A stretch of DNA of 63,011 bases, filler included, from Dirinaria sp. TL-2023a (Eukaryota): the NCBI GenBank assembly GCA_051941275.1. It is 6 parts of 6 records of this genome, joined end to end, with 100 filler letters (N's around TTAATTAATTAA, not from the genome) between each part and the next. Parts side by side here need not be neighbours in the genome. Positions count along the whole stretch, not along the records: positions 31,623 to 42,042 come from JAVEBF010000942.1; positions 42,143 to 52,538 come from JAVEBF010000943.1; 4 more parts are not named here. The stretch is one strand, 5' to 3'. Below the pieces are notes generated by a model, which was not told where the DNA came from, ran no database searches, and worked only from the letters and a program-made list of their open reading frames with translations. Shown here in pieces: positions 38,595-50,330 of the stretch (its first letter is position 1; every line of letters begins with the position of its first letter). The translations under genes were made by a program, and so were the position numbers.

Positions 38595-39379
38595 TCAATC
38601 GTCCCCCAGAACGACCTGAAGATGTGGCTGATCACCTACAAGCTCACTAGTACTATCATCCAACGCAAAAAACCGAACCTCCAAATCATCAATACAAAAT
38701 TCCCAATCCAGCCTCTGCTCTCCAAAATCAGCCAAGATTTCCACACCGTACAGCCGGTCCCAGGCCTCGCCGCTGTACTCCTGCATCTTGACAAGAAAAG
38801 GCCGATGGAATCCAGCCGGGAAATCGACATGCCACCGGAAAGGATCGCTCTCGTTGCGTGCGTGGCTATAGCCGTTCACGACGATCGAGCTCCCCGGCGA
38901 AGGCGCGTCCAAAGGCTTCAGGTTGAACGAGACGAGGCTGAAGTGCGGTTGCAGACCCGCGTGCAGCAGCATGTCACTGGCATTCGCGACGGAGAAGTAG
39001 GCGCCCCCCTCGCGCATCGCGCTTTCGCGGTCGTAGGAGTAGTGCTTGTTGGAGGAGGAGACCCTGGAACCGATTAATGCGTTCGGGGAGGACACGGCGC
39101 AGTTTAGATCGTGGGATGAGATTCGGTCTTTCAGATTCGGGTCCCGGGGTGTGAGAACGTTGTATTGCGAGAAGGCCAGATGATGGTATGTGGATGGGAT
39201 AGACCCTAGACCTTGACTTGTCGGGATGTCGTCGAACTTTTGACGTAATTAGTCGTAGATGGTCGGGCACCAAGGTTACGGCTTACGTTGAGTATGCTGC
39301 TGTTGCTGGCGAAGGCGCCAATGGGTAGCGTAAGGAAGGGAATCGCCCCAGAGATGATCAGTAAAGGGTTGGGCAACAT
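38595..39379 (-). CDS. Secreted protein (DUF7371-like), 2 exons
   Basis: Signal peptide MLPNPLLIISGAIPFLTLPIGAFA; exon 2 FDDIP....PSTYHHLAFS...CAVSSPNAL...DWEFCIDDLEV. Confidence 0.75.
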
Positions 39380-39838
39380 AATTGATCTTATTCTTGATCG
39401 TGGGCGAGTTGAATGGACGATTAAGAGAGGAAGAAAAATGTAGATAAATATAAATAGAAGAGGGTGATTAAGCAAGCTGCAACATTATACGATCTTGGGA
39501 TGAGGAAACTAGTATCACTTATAAAATAGAAAACCACAACAGCTTCTCCTGCTACATTGCTTCAGCGGACTTGTTTCTAGACCTTTGGAGCTGTATTTAT
39601 CAAGACTTGTTCTACTCGTAGGTCGTGAAAAAGTTGGCGGAATGATCTGCAAGCTTTCAATCCAAAGGGGTTGCAAGTTTAGACCATTTTTAGCCCTAAT
39701 CGATAAGCTAGCGTAGCCGCTATTAACGGGTTTGGCGAGATCTAATCAGGCTCATGAAATAACCTGAAAGCTCGTCCCATGCGTGCCATGGGCTCGACGT
39801 CGCTTTGGCCCACCATACCATGTTAATCCTACTCAACA

Positions 39839-41404
39839 ATGCCTCGCGACCCTCTTATTGGTCTCGTGGGCAAACCCTCGTCTGGCAAATCGACCACGCT
39901 CAACAGGTATATATATCCTGAGATTTCGCACGGGGAACAGCGTTCTAACAGCTTCCAAACACCAGCCTCACAGATGCCAGCTCTAAAGTGGGCAAGTCGT
40001 CTCAAGGCTTGCACGAGAGAGACAAAGGCTGACTGAGAGGCTCCAGGCAATTTCCCGTAAGTCCGGTGCCCGCTTCGCCCCTCCTAGAAATTCTCATCAA
40101 CGATACACACAGATTCACAACCATCGACCCTCAGAGAGCCATCGGATACCTGCAGATCGATTGCGCATGCGCTCGATATAATGTTGTTGACCGGTGTAAA
40201 CCCAACTATGGATCTTGCGTCAAGGGGAAGAGATCTGTGCCTATTGAACTCCTTGACGTTGCGGGGCTAGTGCCGGGCGCTCACGAGGGAAAAGGCTTGG
40301 GAAACAAGTTCCTTGATGATCTCAGGCATGCAGATGCTTTAGTACATGTCGTCGACGTCAGTGGAACAACGGATGCCGAGGGTACGGCCTAGCAGAACTC
40401 TGCTGCAGCATCATAATGTACAGGAAGCTGATGGGTGGACCGCATAGGAAAGGCTACAAGGGGTTACGATCCGTCCCAAGATATTATCTGGCTACGGTCG
40501 GAAATAGTCCGCTGGATAGAAGGGAACCTGATGGAGAAATGGGGCTCCATCAAACGGCGCCACGTCGCTCTGAAAGCCAACCCGGTCGACACGCTTCAGA
40601 ATCAATTCTCCGGATACGGAAGTACCCCGAACACTGTCGCGCGCACACTGGCTCGTCTGTCTATCAAAGAGCCCCTGGAGCACTGGTCTCCCGAAACGAT
40701 AAGCTCCGTCGTAAACGCTTTTACGGACGAAAAATTCCCGACCGTATTCGCTCTGAATAAGATCGACCATCCGGATGCCGACAAGAACATAGCGAAGATC
40801 GCGAAGATGCAAGATGCGAAATCCATCGTGTTATGCTCCGCCATCTCAGAGGTATTCCTGCGCAAGCTCGCAAAGCAGGGTTTCATAAAATACACAGAAG
40901 GCAGCGAATTCATCGACACACGCGACGACCTCATCGAAACGGGCGACGCAGACGGCGGTGGCTTGAAGGAGATGGACGAAAAGCTGAAAACGAGGATCGA
41001 GAACCTGAGGGACATGGTCCTCTACCGGTTCGGGTCGACGGGGGTCGTACAGGTGCTTTCGAGAGCGGCGGAGCTCTTGGGCTTGGTGCCGGTTTTCCCC
41101 GTCAGGAACATCAACGCCTTCGGATCCGGGTCGTCTTCGGGGGACCACGCCGTTTTCCGCGACTGCGTCCTCGTCAAGAAGGGGACGACGGTGAGAGAGG
41201 CGGGCAGGAAGATCATGGGAGATGCGCCGCTGGCGTACGTGGAGGGTGCCGGAGGCGTGAGAGTGTCCGAGGATGAGGTGGTGGCGGTTGGAAAGAATGA
41301 TGTAAGGGTGTCCCACCAAATTCCCTACCTTAATCCGTAAACAGTGATGATGATGGTTAACCCTTGGCCTTACTTAGATACTATCCTTCAAAGTCGGAAA
41401 ATAA
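39839..41404 (+). CDS. Obg-family GTPase, YGR210C-like, with microexons
   Basis: G1 [10 protein letters not shown]2 GNFPFTT, G3 [10 protein letters not shown]4 NKID, TGS-like C-terminus ending ILSFKVGK*. Confidence 0.93.
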
Positions 41405-41906
41405 GGACCCTTTGCCTCTCTCGACTTGATGTACAGGGAGGGATATACAGCAGATATTCCAATTCTTCAAATTCCTCCATCCACACTACAAACTCACATG
41501 TAGCCCACAGCCAATAAGGCAAACCAGTATCATACACACAACAGTTCTCGAAACTCAAAACTCAAGCGAACGCTGAACTAATCGGTCTAGTATTGGAGGG
41601 AAGCAGGATAGAAGAAGTAGAAAAAGTCCACAAATAAGCCAGCCATGCATTGCATTTAAATTCAAAAACCGAGACTGCTTGCTTGCTGGCTTCATGAAGC
41701 GCTTGCTACTGCTGACTTGTAGGCATCCTCCCTCCCGCTCAACACACACACAAAAAAAGAGGGATTTCATTATCGATACTACATGTAGTACAGTAGATAT
41801 TGCCCTTCGCCCTTCGCCCCTGGACCTAGGCGAAGTAGATAGGTGCATGCCTCTTCCTCGGGGGGGAGGAGAAGCAGTAAGAGAACAAAGAGAGAAAAAA
41901 AATCTC

Positions 41907-42042
41907 CTAAGCCGCAGTCGCAAACCTCTTCTTCCTCGCCTCAGCCGCCAACCGATCCTTCTCACTGATCTCCAACCCCTTTTTCCCCTCCCCCTTCCCA
42001 TTCCCCTTCGCTTGCTGCTGCGGCCTCCGACTCCCAGCCCTC
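41907..42042 (-). CDS. 3' end of a gene truncated by the contig end; resembles the C-terminus of a SAP-domain/Tho1-like RNP
   Basis: Reads ...KGEGKKGLEISEKDRLAAEARKKRFATAA*; similarity is from recall only. Confidence 0.45.
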
Positions 42043-42142
42043 NNNNNNNNNNNNNNNNNNNNNNNNNNNNNNNNNNNNNNNNNNNNTTAATTAATTAANN
42101 NNNNNNNNNNNNNNNNNNNNNNNNNNNNNNNNNNNNNNNNNN
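42043..42142. other. Artificial contig spacer
   Basis: 44N-TTAATTAATTAA-44N. Confidence 0.98.
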
Positions 42143-43850
42143 GGGTAAGATGCTCACTATATTCTACTAAATGCATGCGTATTGTTCTTAATACTTGTAA
42201 ATTCTCATATTTCCCAGCGAATGCACATTTCAGAGTTGGATACTGACAAAGCAATCATCTGCAACGTATTCTCAGCATACATCGATCTCCTGATCAGGCT
42301 ACTTTGATGATAGAGATACCACCTCGCTCATAGATACACCATCAACGACGTCGAAAGCTAAGAATCACCTTTGAAAACGCCATTAGACTTGTTGAGCTCT
42401 AGCTGCAAGGCATCGAAGGCTTGATCCCATAAAATATCAATATTGGTCAATTTCATCATAATCATCAAAGCTAGAGTTGTACGTTGTGGACGGATCTGCA
42501 GCAGAGGGATTTGCGTCTACACAGGTGAGATTCGCTGCCTCAGATATGAGCCCAAGGCTATCAGAATCTTCTTCGTTTAAAGCATTGTCGTCTGTGTTGT
42601 CCGTCTGCTGCTTTTCATCATCTGATTCGTTTTCGTCAGCGTCATCCTCATCATTGCCCTCCGCTGTCTCAGCAGCACCGACGGCCCCAGCTCCGCCTGC
42701 GCCAGCATCGGCCGCTGCTGGAACTGCTGGTATACCTGCTGCTTCGCCGACGGCAACTGCGATGAGTCGAGGAAAGTTTGCTCCTTTCAGTATAATGCTT
42801 GCTGTCGCTATCTCTATAGCTGTAAGATATCCTACAACGGCAAAAACATCGTTGTAAGGAATGAAAGTAATTTTTTTCCAGTGCAGTCGTGAACGAATGA
42901 AAGCCTGTAGTGCTATTGAGCTCGTTGAAAATCTTCGAAAAAGAGTTTGATAGTGATCAGGAGGCCGTTGAGATTGCGCTGCAAGCCAAAATATTTATAG
43001 CCAGGGTAGAGCTGACTCTCGATATTTCCAATTTACAGTTTAGAGCGCAGGATATTGGTCGAGCGTTGACCAACTCAAGACTATGAACCTGACATTCATG
43101 ATTCTTTCAAAGCAAATTTTACTGTTGTTCACCATTCTCTATAATTGTTCACAATGCTAGTTCGCGATGCGTTTTTTACAGAACATAAGCGTTGTCTTAC
43201 TATAGCGAGCGAGAGTTTGAGTATGATGACTGCGAAAACATAACCGCTTCATCGTCCGGCACAACGTATATCATGTGGCTGACCCATGAAGCTGAGCAGG
43301 TTCTAGAGATAGATCGTAGTCCTGTTTGACTAGTCGGAGATGTTGAGAAAGGGGAGCTGAATCGTTGCATGATTTCTTCTATGAAATGAGGGGTTTGAAG
43401 AGGTATAGAGGGCTTGATGAGTGCTGAGAGAGGATCATGATTGCCAAAAGGGAACAGCGACGCACAGATTGAATACATAGAACACGAGTTATGTATAAAG
43501 ATTTAAAGCGAAGGAAAACTCGATAGGGTGTGGCCTCGCCAGGTGGCCGTCAAGCGGATAAATTTGCATCAGGTCGGGCAGCTGAAAATGAAAATGTTTT
43601 CGATTATGTGATGTTGATAAGATGGAGTCAGATCACAGTGCACATATCTGAGACTTCTGTGATATGTGATAGACAATCTGAAAGCATGACGCAGGAAATT
43701 CGTGATGACACAGATGGAAGTGATGTGCTTACTTGATTTGGTGAGAGCTTTTTGTCAAGTGTTGTTGCCGACAATGTCTTTGTGATTCTGCTGCTTTGTG
43801 CTTCTGTGTTGAAAATGTCTCGTGATAGGTTAAGAGTCCATCATCACTTT
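42143..43850 (-). pseudogene. Degenerate coding remnant (Ala/Gly-rich then acidic segment, Ser/Thr-rich pieces)
   Basis: The minus strand reads AVGEAAGIPAVPAAADAGAGGAGAVGAAETAEGNDEDDADENESDDEK... for ~150 codons without an ATG, then breaks into stops; parent gene not identifiable. Confidence 0.4.
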
Positions 43851-43989
43851 CTAGCTTGAGTCAAACAGTTTAACACTTCCATGGCACGCTTCACCAGCTG
43901 ACGCGAGTATATTTACGCAAGGGTTGAACCTGTCTCCTCTCACTAATCTTATCGAAGTACGAATCGCTTTCTCGACCTCCTGGCTGATA

Positions 43990-44819
43990 ATGTCATCCTT
44001 GCTGGTACTTCCTCCTGAGATACGCCTTGAGATATATCGACTCCTTTTGCTCGACACAGTTAAGCTCAAGCTCTGTTTTGGACCAAAACGGATGGGTGAC
44101 GCGCGCCCTTTTTTTGCCAAAGATTCAGCGCCGGGGATCCCATTGAACACCGCGATCTTGGCCACTTGCCGAAGAGTCCACGATGAAGCTTTGCCGGTCT
44201 TGTATTCAGAAAACCGCTTCATCGTTCATTACTGGGATATAGGGGAGACCTGGAGACTTGGAGAAGAAGCGACATTCCCGTTCGACAAGCTCGGCCTGAT
44301 AAAAGATCTGACATTGTCAGTACGCCAACACTTTGACGATCGTCACCAGGTAGAGCCTTCCACGATCGTAGGATATTTGCGTTGATTAGCTACCACGGGC
44401 TGCTCATTACGCATATTGGTGCTTCAATGGGACTTCTGCTCGCGCTCGGCGTTTGAAAGGTATGTGGCGGAGTCTGTTTTCCGTATGATACGCCAGCGCA
44501 CAGCCCCAAACGCGAGTTTCGAAGATGAAAAATCGAGCTTTGCTTTTCCAAATTCGGTGCGGACGCCAGGGTTGCCAAAGCAGTTGCCGACTTGAGCATT
44601 TCCAAGCAGGTCAACATTGAGCTGGGAGATGATACCAGCACAACAGCAGCGCTCTTCGGGGGCTTCGTTCGGTCTGTAGCCACTATAAAAGGGTGGCGCT
44701 GCGCCATAGAACTAGAGCGCCGCCATGCGGATCAGGATGGTGAATCATTCCTTTACAAATGGTCGCTTCGTCCAGCTGGGGACAAAGCTTCCAGCTTCAG
44801 ACCGCCCGAGGTCATGTAG
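43990..44819 (+). pseudogene. F-box-like/DUF7730-type protein pseudogene
   Basis: MSSLLVLPPEIRLEIYRLLL...ILATCRRVHDEALPVLYSENRF; in-frame TGA at 44383, a frame change, a second TGA at 44526, then ADARVAKAVADLSISKQVNIEL..FVRSVATIKGW. Confidence 0.7.
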
Positions 44820-45798
44820 CATGAGCGACCGCGACGAGTTGGTGTCCAAAATCTCAGCAGACATATCATTTCCTCTTCTAATCGACTTGCAATCCTCCAC
44901 GACAGAATATCTGGGAACGCGAGCTTCGAGCTGCACGCTAGGCCCCTTCTCCAGCACTGCTGTACAGCAATGCTTCTCCACGGATTGTAAGAGAAGCATT
45001 TGCTAAGACTGGCTGGTGATATAAACATGCTGGCTAATTTTAAACTATGTCGTGGCTAAGGAGAAAGCTATCCGAGTTGCTGGTGAGCTGTACATGAACG
45101 GACTAGATAATGGCAGTGACTTGGGTGGTTACTGTACATAAGTTTTACTTAGCCTGCTTTGTCATAATGTTGAAATCGAGGGCTTGTATGGTTTTGTGAA
45201 TCAAGGCCCTTTTCTTTCTGCACTTACTCTTCCGCTGGATCATTTGACGCTATGGAGTTGCCTTATTAGAATCAAAGCTCATGTATGCTCGCCGTGACTG
45301 CTATTAAATCGTTGACTGTAAAAATCGCGCGACAGGTTGTGGCGTCATCAACAGAGGAGAGGTCCAAGGATTTATCGACGACTTCTTTGATATTGTAGGT
45401 TTATTCATACTGGACTGCCCTACTTTAGACGGATTCCATGGGCTTTTTACATACGTCATGTCAACTTCCTTCCAGCAAATTTTGGGGGAACTTTGATCGA
45501 TAGCCGATTCTTCTACTTTGGCCTCTCATCACGAGTCGAGGTGTCGCCACCACAGTCTGATCCAATGGTCCGAATGAAGAGATTTGGCTTTCGAAAATCC
45601 GCGATGAATGAGCAAGTCAAAGACATGATTAATTGACCCCTTGGTATTATAACCACTTGATACCTTGCGAGATGAGCGTTCATGAAAATCATAATGCGTG
45701 ACGAGGCATTAAGAGTCCTATCCATATATGAGCATTTCGAGTCTGATGAGGTACATTTGCGGATGGAAATCTAGACATCAGTTGCTGACTAAAAGTGA

Positions 45799-46936
45799 TC
45801 ATTCGTCCGCCGCTGGAGTGTTTTCCAGTCTCTCATTGCCCATGGTAATATATAAATGTCCATTCTCTCCTATGGTCGATTAGCATCTGATAGAGATTAT
45901 CATCCACCTACATAGTTTCTCTACCTCGGTTAACCGCCTTCCCCATATGGCCATATCTTCCGCACATCCCATAGATAGCCTGCACAGCTTCCCAAATCTC
46001 AAACCAAGACGATCGATCAGTCGGTCCCGTCGTTTGAACCAAAAAATAGCATCGGACGCTAACTGATTGTCGGTAGGTCAGCCTCACTCTAGAGCAATCT
46101 TTGAAATGAGACGGACTCTCCCGTAGGTATCTGGGGAGCCAAACATCCGGCCGAACATGCCTAGCATTCTGAAAGCCAAACCATTTTCCACGCGGAGAAG
46201 CGGGCATCATATCGACAATCTTCTTGCAGCTTTCGAGTGGCGGTGCGGGTGAACTGTTGCATTCTACACGTGGTTCGTAAGAAGTAATGAAGAGTCCCAG
46301 CTCTTTGGATACACCTGTGACTGTTATCAGTACGTAGCAACTACGTTGAAGCAATTGCCTTTGTCATTGACCTAGATCGGTAGCAATGCCCCCCTCGGAT
46401 CTGGGGTGCACGCACTGCGCCTGAAGCGCGAAGCCTGCATTTCGGATCTCTGCATAGCTACCTACGGCCAGCACCACCGAGTCCTCCAGAACGGGTTCAA
46501 CGACGCAGAGACCATCATCTGGTATCATTTTAGCTCGATTGTGCCCTTGAAGCCCTTCACAAGATGGTTTCAAGTAGCACTCACGGCTTATCCAACGCAT
46601 CGGTAAAGCAACATCATATTCCCTGGACAATGTACGCATGGAGAAAAGTATACCAGTCGCATCATTTGGGATCTGGTCAAGAGCATCTAGGCAGCTCTCG
46701 GACTTCAAGTTACTGCGGTATTGAGCGCCATCGCAGGATATCTGAAATGCGTTGGCTGATTTACTCCCGGATGGTTGTCTAGGATCTGAGGGAGCAGAGA
46801 AGGTGGTATTCTCTTGCCATCCAATTGGCAGTGTCAAATTAGAACCTGCGCTTCTCTCCAGGATTGATTGAAGTGCACGAACTCCGGTCATAACCAGTAA
46901 AATTCCAGAGGGAAAGGAACAAGGAATGGAGAACAT
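45799..46936 (-). CDS. Cys-rich secreted effector-like protein with two repeated domains, multi-exon
   Basis: Signal peptide; ISCDGAQY..LKSESCLDALDQIP...LPMRWIS..DGLC...QCV..GGIATDLG; second unit EC...PPLESCKKIVDMMPAS...SSWFEIWEAVQAIYGMC..G..GKA. Confidence 0.8.
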
Positions 46937-47646
46937 CGCGAATTTCTGCAGGACACCAAGGATGGGGTTTTCTCATTTACAGAATTGGATGAAGTTGATG
47001 ATATCGAGATATGCTGTATCTCGCTTGATACCATCGCCTCTAGTGTCTGGAAAGATGCCATGTAAGAACAACGCCGAACTTCGTCGCCCTTGCAGATCCA
47101 CGAGGCTCCAAATCCCACGTTCCTGACCAGCACGACTGTAGGTATGCGAGACGTCAGTGTATTTCCGTTAAATGGGAAAGCGATGATACGTCTACTAGCG
47201 ATCGAAGCCTCTGCGATCGCATACCACTCTTGGATAACGGAAAGCCGATGGGTCTGAATGTGATTAAAATATATGCGCATCGCTTCCAATCTTCGTTGCG
47301 GATCTCATCACCCCTTCAGCGCATCAAGCAAACCCAAATGCACTGCCGCAATTTTGAGATCATCCATCATCCACCTTCATAAACACGATTTGAAATGCAG
47401 TATGCCATCTTGACAAAGACTGATCGTTCAGGTGCATTTACAAATCGCATCGCTTCATTCTGATACATTGCTAAGCGGAATAAGAATTTCGAATGTCCTA
47501 TGTGAAGGAGATAAGCTGCCTAGTCGCAACCGTAGCACTGTAGGGACTGCGAATCCAAAGAATGCTTTGTTTTTGACACTTTCACACTTTAGAGCTTGAA
47601 GGCTTCGGATCGAGGCGGACCGAAGCGTCGAGATGCGGCAAAACTT

Positions 47647-47800
47647 TACTCGCATTCACCTAGTTTCTTGTTAGGGCTAGGGTTGCAGGGGGTTTTTCAC
47701 CCCATCAAAATATATTTCATCAACCCTAAGTGAAGAACTGCGTGTAACCCTAACCCTGACAAGAAACTAGGTGAACTAAGAAACTAGGTGAATGCGAGTA
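47647..47800. mobile_element. MITE with TA flanks (Tc1/mariner-pogo type) carrying telomere-like repeats
   Basis: TA-CTCGCATTCACCTAGTTTCTT ... AAGAAACTAGGTGAATGCGAG-TA is a perfect 21-bp TIR; inside it lie TTAGGGCTAGGGTT (left) and AACCCTAACCCT (right). Confidence 0.8.
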
Positions 47801-49229
47801 TTCCGATGGTCAAAATAATCTCTCCACATCGTTTAGGCAATAATGACATTCTATCTGTCATTGCTGATGTTCATATTGTGACACATCTAGCTGTCAAACG
47901 CGCTGCAAAGCAAATATAGAGATCTATCTCTTGAACACAATACCCTGCTTTTCAGCGGTCAACAGCATAGCATCAGCAGTCATGAAGTTCGAAGATCTTT
48001 CGAGCGCCACGATTGAAGATAAGATCAACGATGCTTTGAATCTCGATTTTCATACCTCTGAACAGATTTTGGCGTTCGTCTCCACTTCGAAACCGTTTGA
48101 TCTGGATGATTAGACGTCTGTCCGACTTTCTTGTCCTGCCTCTAACATTTCTAAGAGCATCTTGAACAATCAGCGACTAGCATAGTCAATCCAGCAGTAT
48201 ACTCATTGACGTTATCAATTGCTTTAGGAGTCTATCAATTAACTCACGTAATAGCTCCTTCATTATGAGACCGAGGACAGATTCTGTGCTTGACTTGTGC
48301 TTGACTTGTATTTCCGTACGTGACATTATTGGGTCCTCTTTCCAATTGACAAGAAATAACAAGGAACCGTATATATTGCAATGAGATGAAGTCACTGGGG
48401 CCTGATCGGCGTACAGCTCTGTATCTTGAACAATGTGCATTTAGAATTTACTTCTTCCATTGTTGCTGGCTCTGACATTAACTACCTCTCAGTAACGCTC
48501 ATGAGATGGTCTTCGAGACCTGATACATGCTTCGAAGTTCTTCCTGGAAACATTCAGAATAATCAGCAGTTGGCACAAATGCAGTCAAAAGTCGACTCAC
48601 TGCGCTTGCGAAAGGAGCGATGAAGATTCCTACTTGCTGGTCGGGTCTTAGTCTTAAGAGGGCTAAGACAGGAATTCTGAGGCCTTGGTCAGTGGGGAGA
48701 AAAATGAGGGAGGTGCAGAAGCTGATACACATCATATAGCTGACTGTCCTAGTAATCTTACCTGAAATCCTTCTCATTTACTTGCGGTTCCGCAAGACTG
48801 AAGATCTGAGCTCAGGAGTACACAAAAGCGCAGCTGTTCTAGGACGGATTTTGTGGTATTGGGAGTAACCACAATGTGATTCCCCAAATACTTTCTATTT
48901 GTGAAGCTCCGAAGAGGATCTCTGAGACCCTCGAGTCTCCTAGACCGATTGGTTAATGAAAAGGGAAGAATATCTCGGCCATGCTTTGCAACTCCTGTGA
49001 GTCGGATTGAAAGGACGTAGCCGTTTGAGCCAAATATATCATGAAATCGAGTCAAATCTACCAGATAAAGACCGTCGACATAGACGAGTTCTCTTCTATC
49101 CCTTGCTGAACCTCACTGGTCCCCAAATCCGCGTCCCAATACCAAAATAGCAAATCATCGCACTATCTTCTATATTTTTAAGCTCTACTCCGGTACGGAT
49201 TGCTGAACTCGCTGCCTCATAGCATAAAT

Positions 49230-50330
49230 GCGCCGTTTCTCGTTCCGTTCTAGATCGCCTCTTGTCATCCAAAGATCAACCAGACGTTGCGAAAGTCCAG
49301 CAGCGCATAGCGCAGAAAATGAGCATTTCCTCACCAAAGCCCAAAGCGATCCCACATGACTTAAGCCCTGCGTCCGTACCGGCGCAGAGTCATACCATCA
49401 CGAGGCTAAAAGCAATCCTGGCTGGGCAGACTGGCATCGAAATTGGGCAATTCGATCCGGATGCTTCATTGGCGGAACTAGGTATCGATTCATTGTTGTC
49501 CGTCACGATTTCCACCCAGCGACTCTCCCACTTCAAATAATGTGATCAATCATTTCGCGCCGTCAGAGCGAAATGGATCAGAGTCTTCGATCAGCTCAAC
49601 GCCGCTTTTCAAAGAGAATGGGAATCATGTGGGAGATAAAATCGAGGCTTCCTCCGTCGCTAGCGAGGATGAGATTATGACCACAGTCCGAGCCACAATC
49701 GCAAAGAAAATCGATACCCCTATTGAAGAATTGGACGATACTACATATCTCCTCGACGTCGGTGTTGATCGTGTGCGGTCATTTGCTATCACGAAGCAGC
49801 TCAGTCAGCTTGGCGTTGAGATGTCCACAAACTTTCTAACAGAAAATTAGATCCTGCAAACATCGAGGTGGGTTTGCACAACGAGAGTCACATCAATCAG
49901 AGGAGGAGCGGCAAATCACTCTCGATAGCCGCAGTCGAACGGTTATCGATTGCCCTCCACATGCTACTTCCGTTCGACTTGAAGGATCTCCTAAGAACTC
50001 CAGAAGAATTCTATGACTCTTTCCCGATGGTGCAGTATCCGCGTCTTCCTATAGTACACTGCCTACACTCTCCCCCGATTGGGCCATACTCGGTCTCAAC
50101 TGCCCTGGCTGAGGATGCCTCAGGATCTCCGTTGTTCACTCCGCGAGTCAAATCAAGCGCATTTGACATTTGAAAAGACGAGAATCGAGACCTAAGACTT
50201 TGCAGCTGCTACTGCAGGTACAAAACCAGAGATAAAGAATTGGTTTTTGGTTGGAGTGAGGGATGTCGACCATTCGATACTTATCTCTCTGGATGTCTTC
50301 AACCTCAGAATCAGGGTTTTCGAATGAAGT
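49230..50330 (+). pseudogene. Non-reducing polyketide synthase relic (end of PT, ACP, ACP, TE)
   Basis: AVSRSVLDRLL (PT end); ACP1 DASLAELGIDSLLSVTI; ACP2 LLDVGVDRVRS; TE start LEGSPKNSRRIL*LFPDGAVSASSY...WAILGLNCP/WLRMPQDL; stops and frameshifts throughout. Weaker remnants may extend upstream to ~47900. Confidence 0.85.

Noticed and set aside
44383..50016. In-frame TGA codons read as Trp or Sec recoding
   Set aside because: TGA is the normal stop of CPA2, SMC1, GPC1 and MKT1 in this window, and the same loci also carry frameshifts, so pseudogenisation is the simpler explanation.
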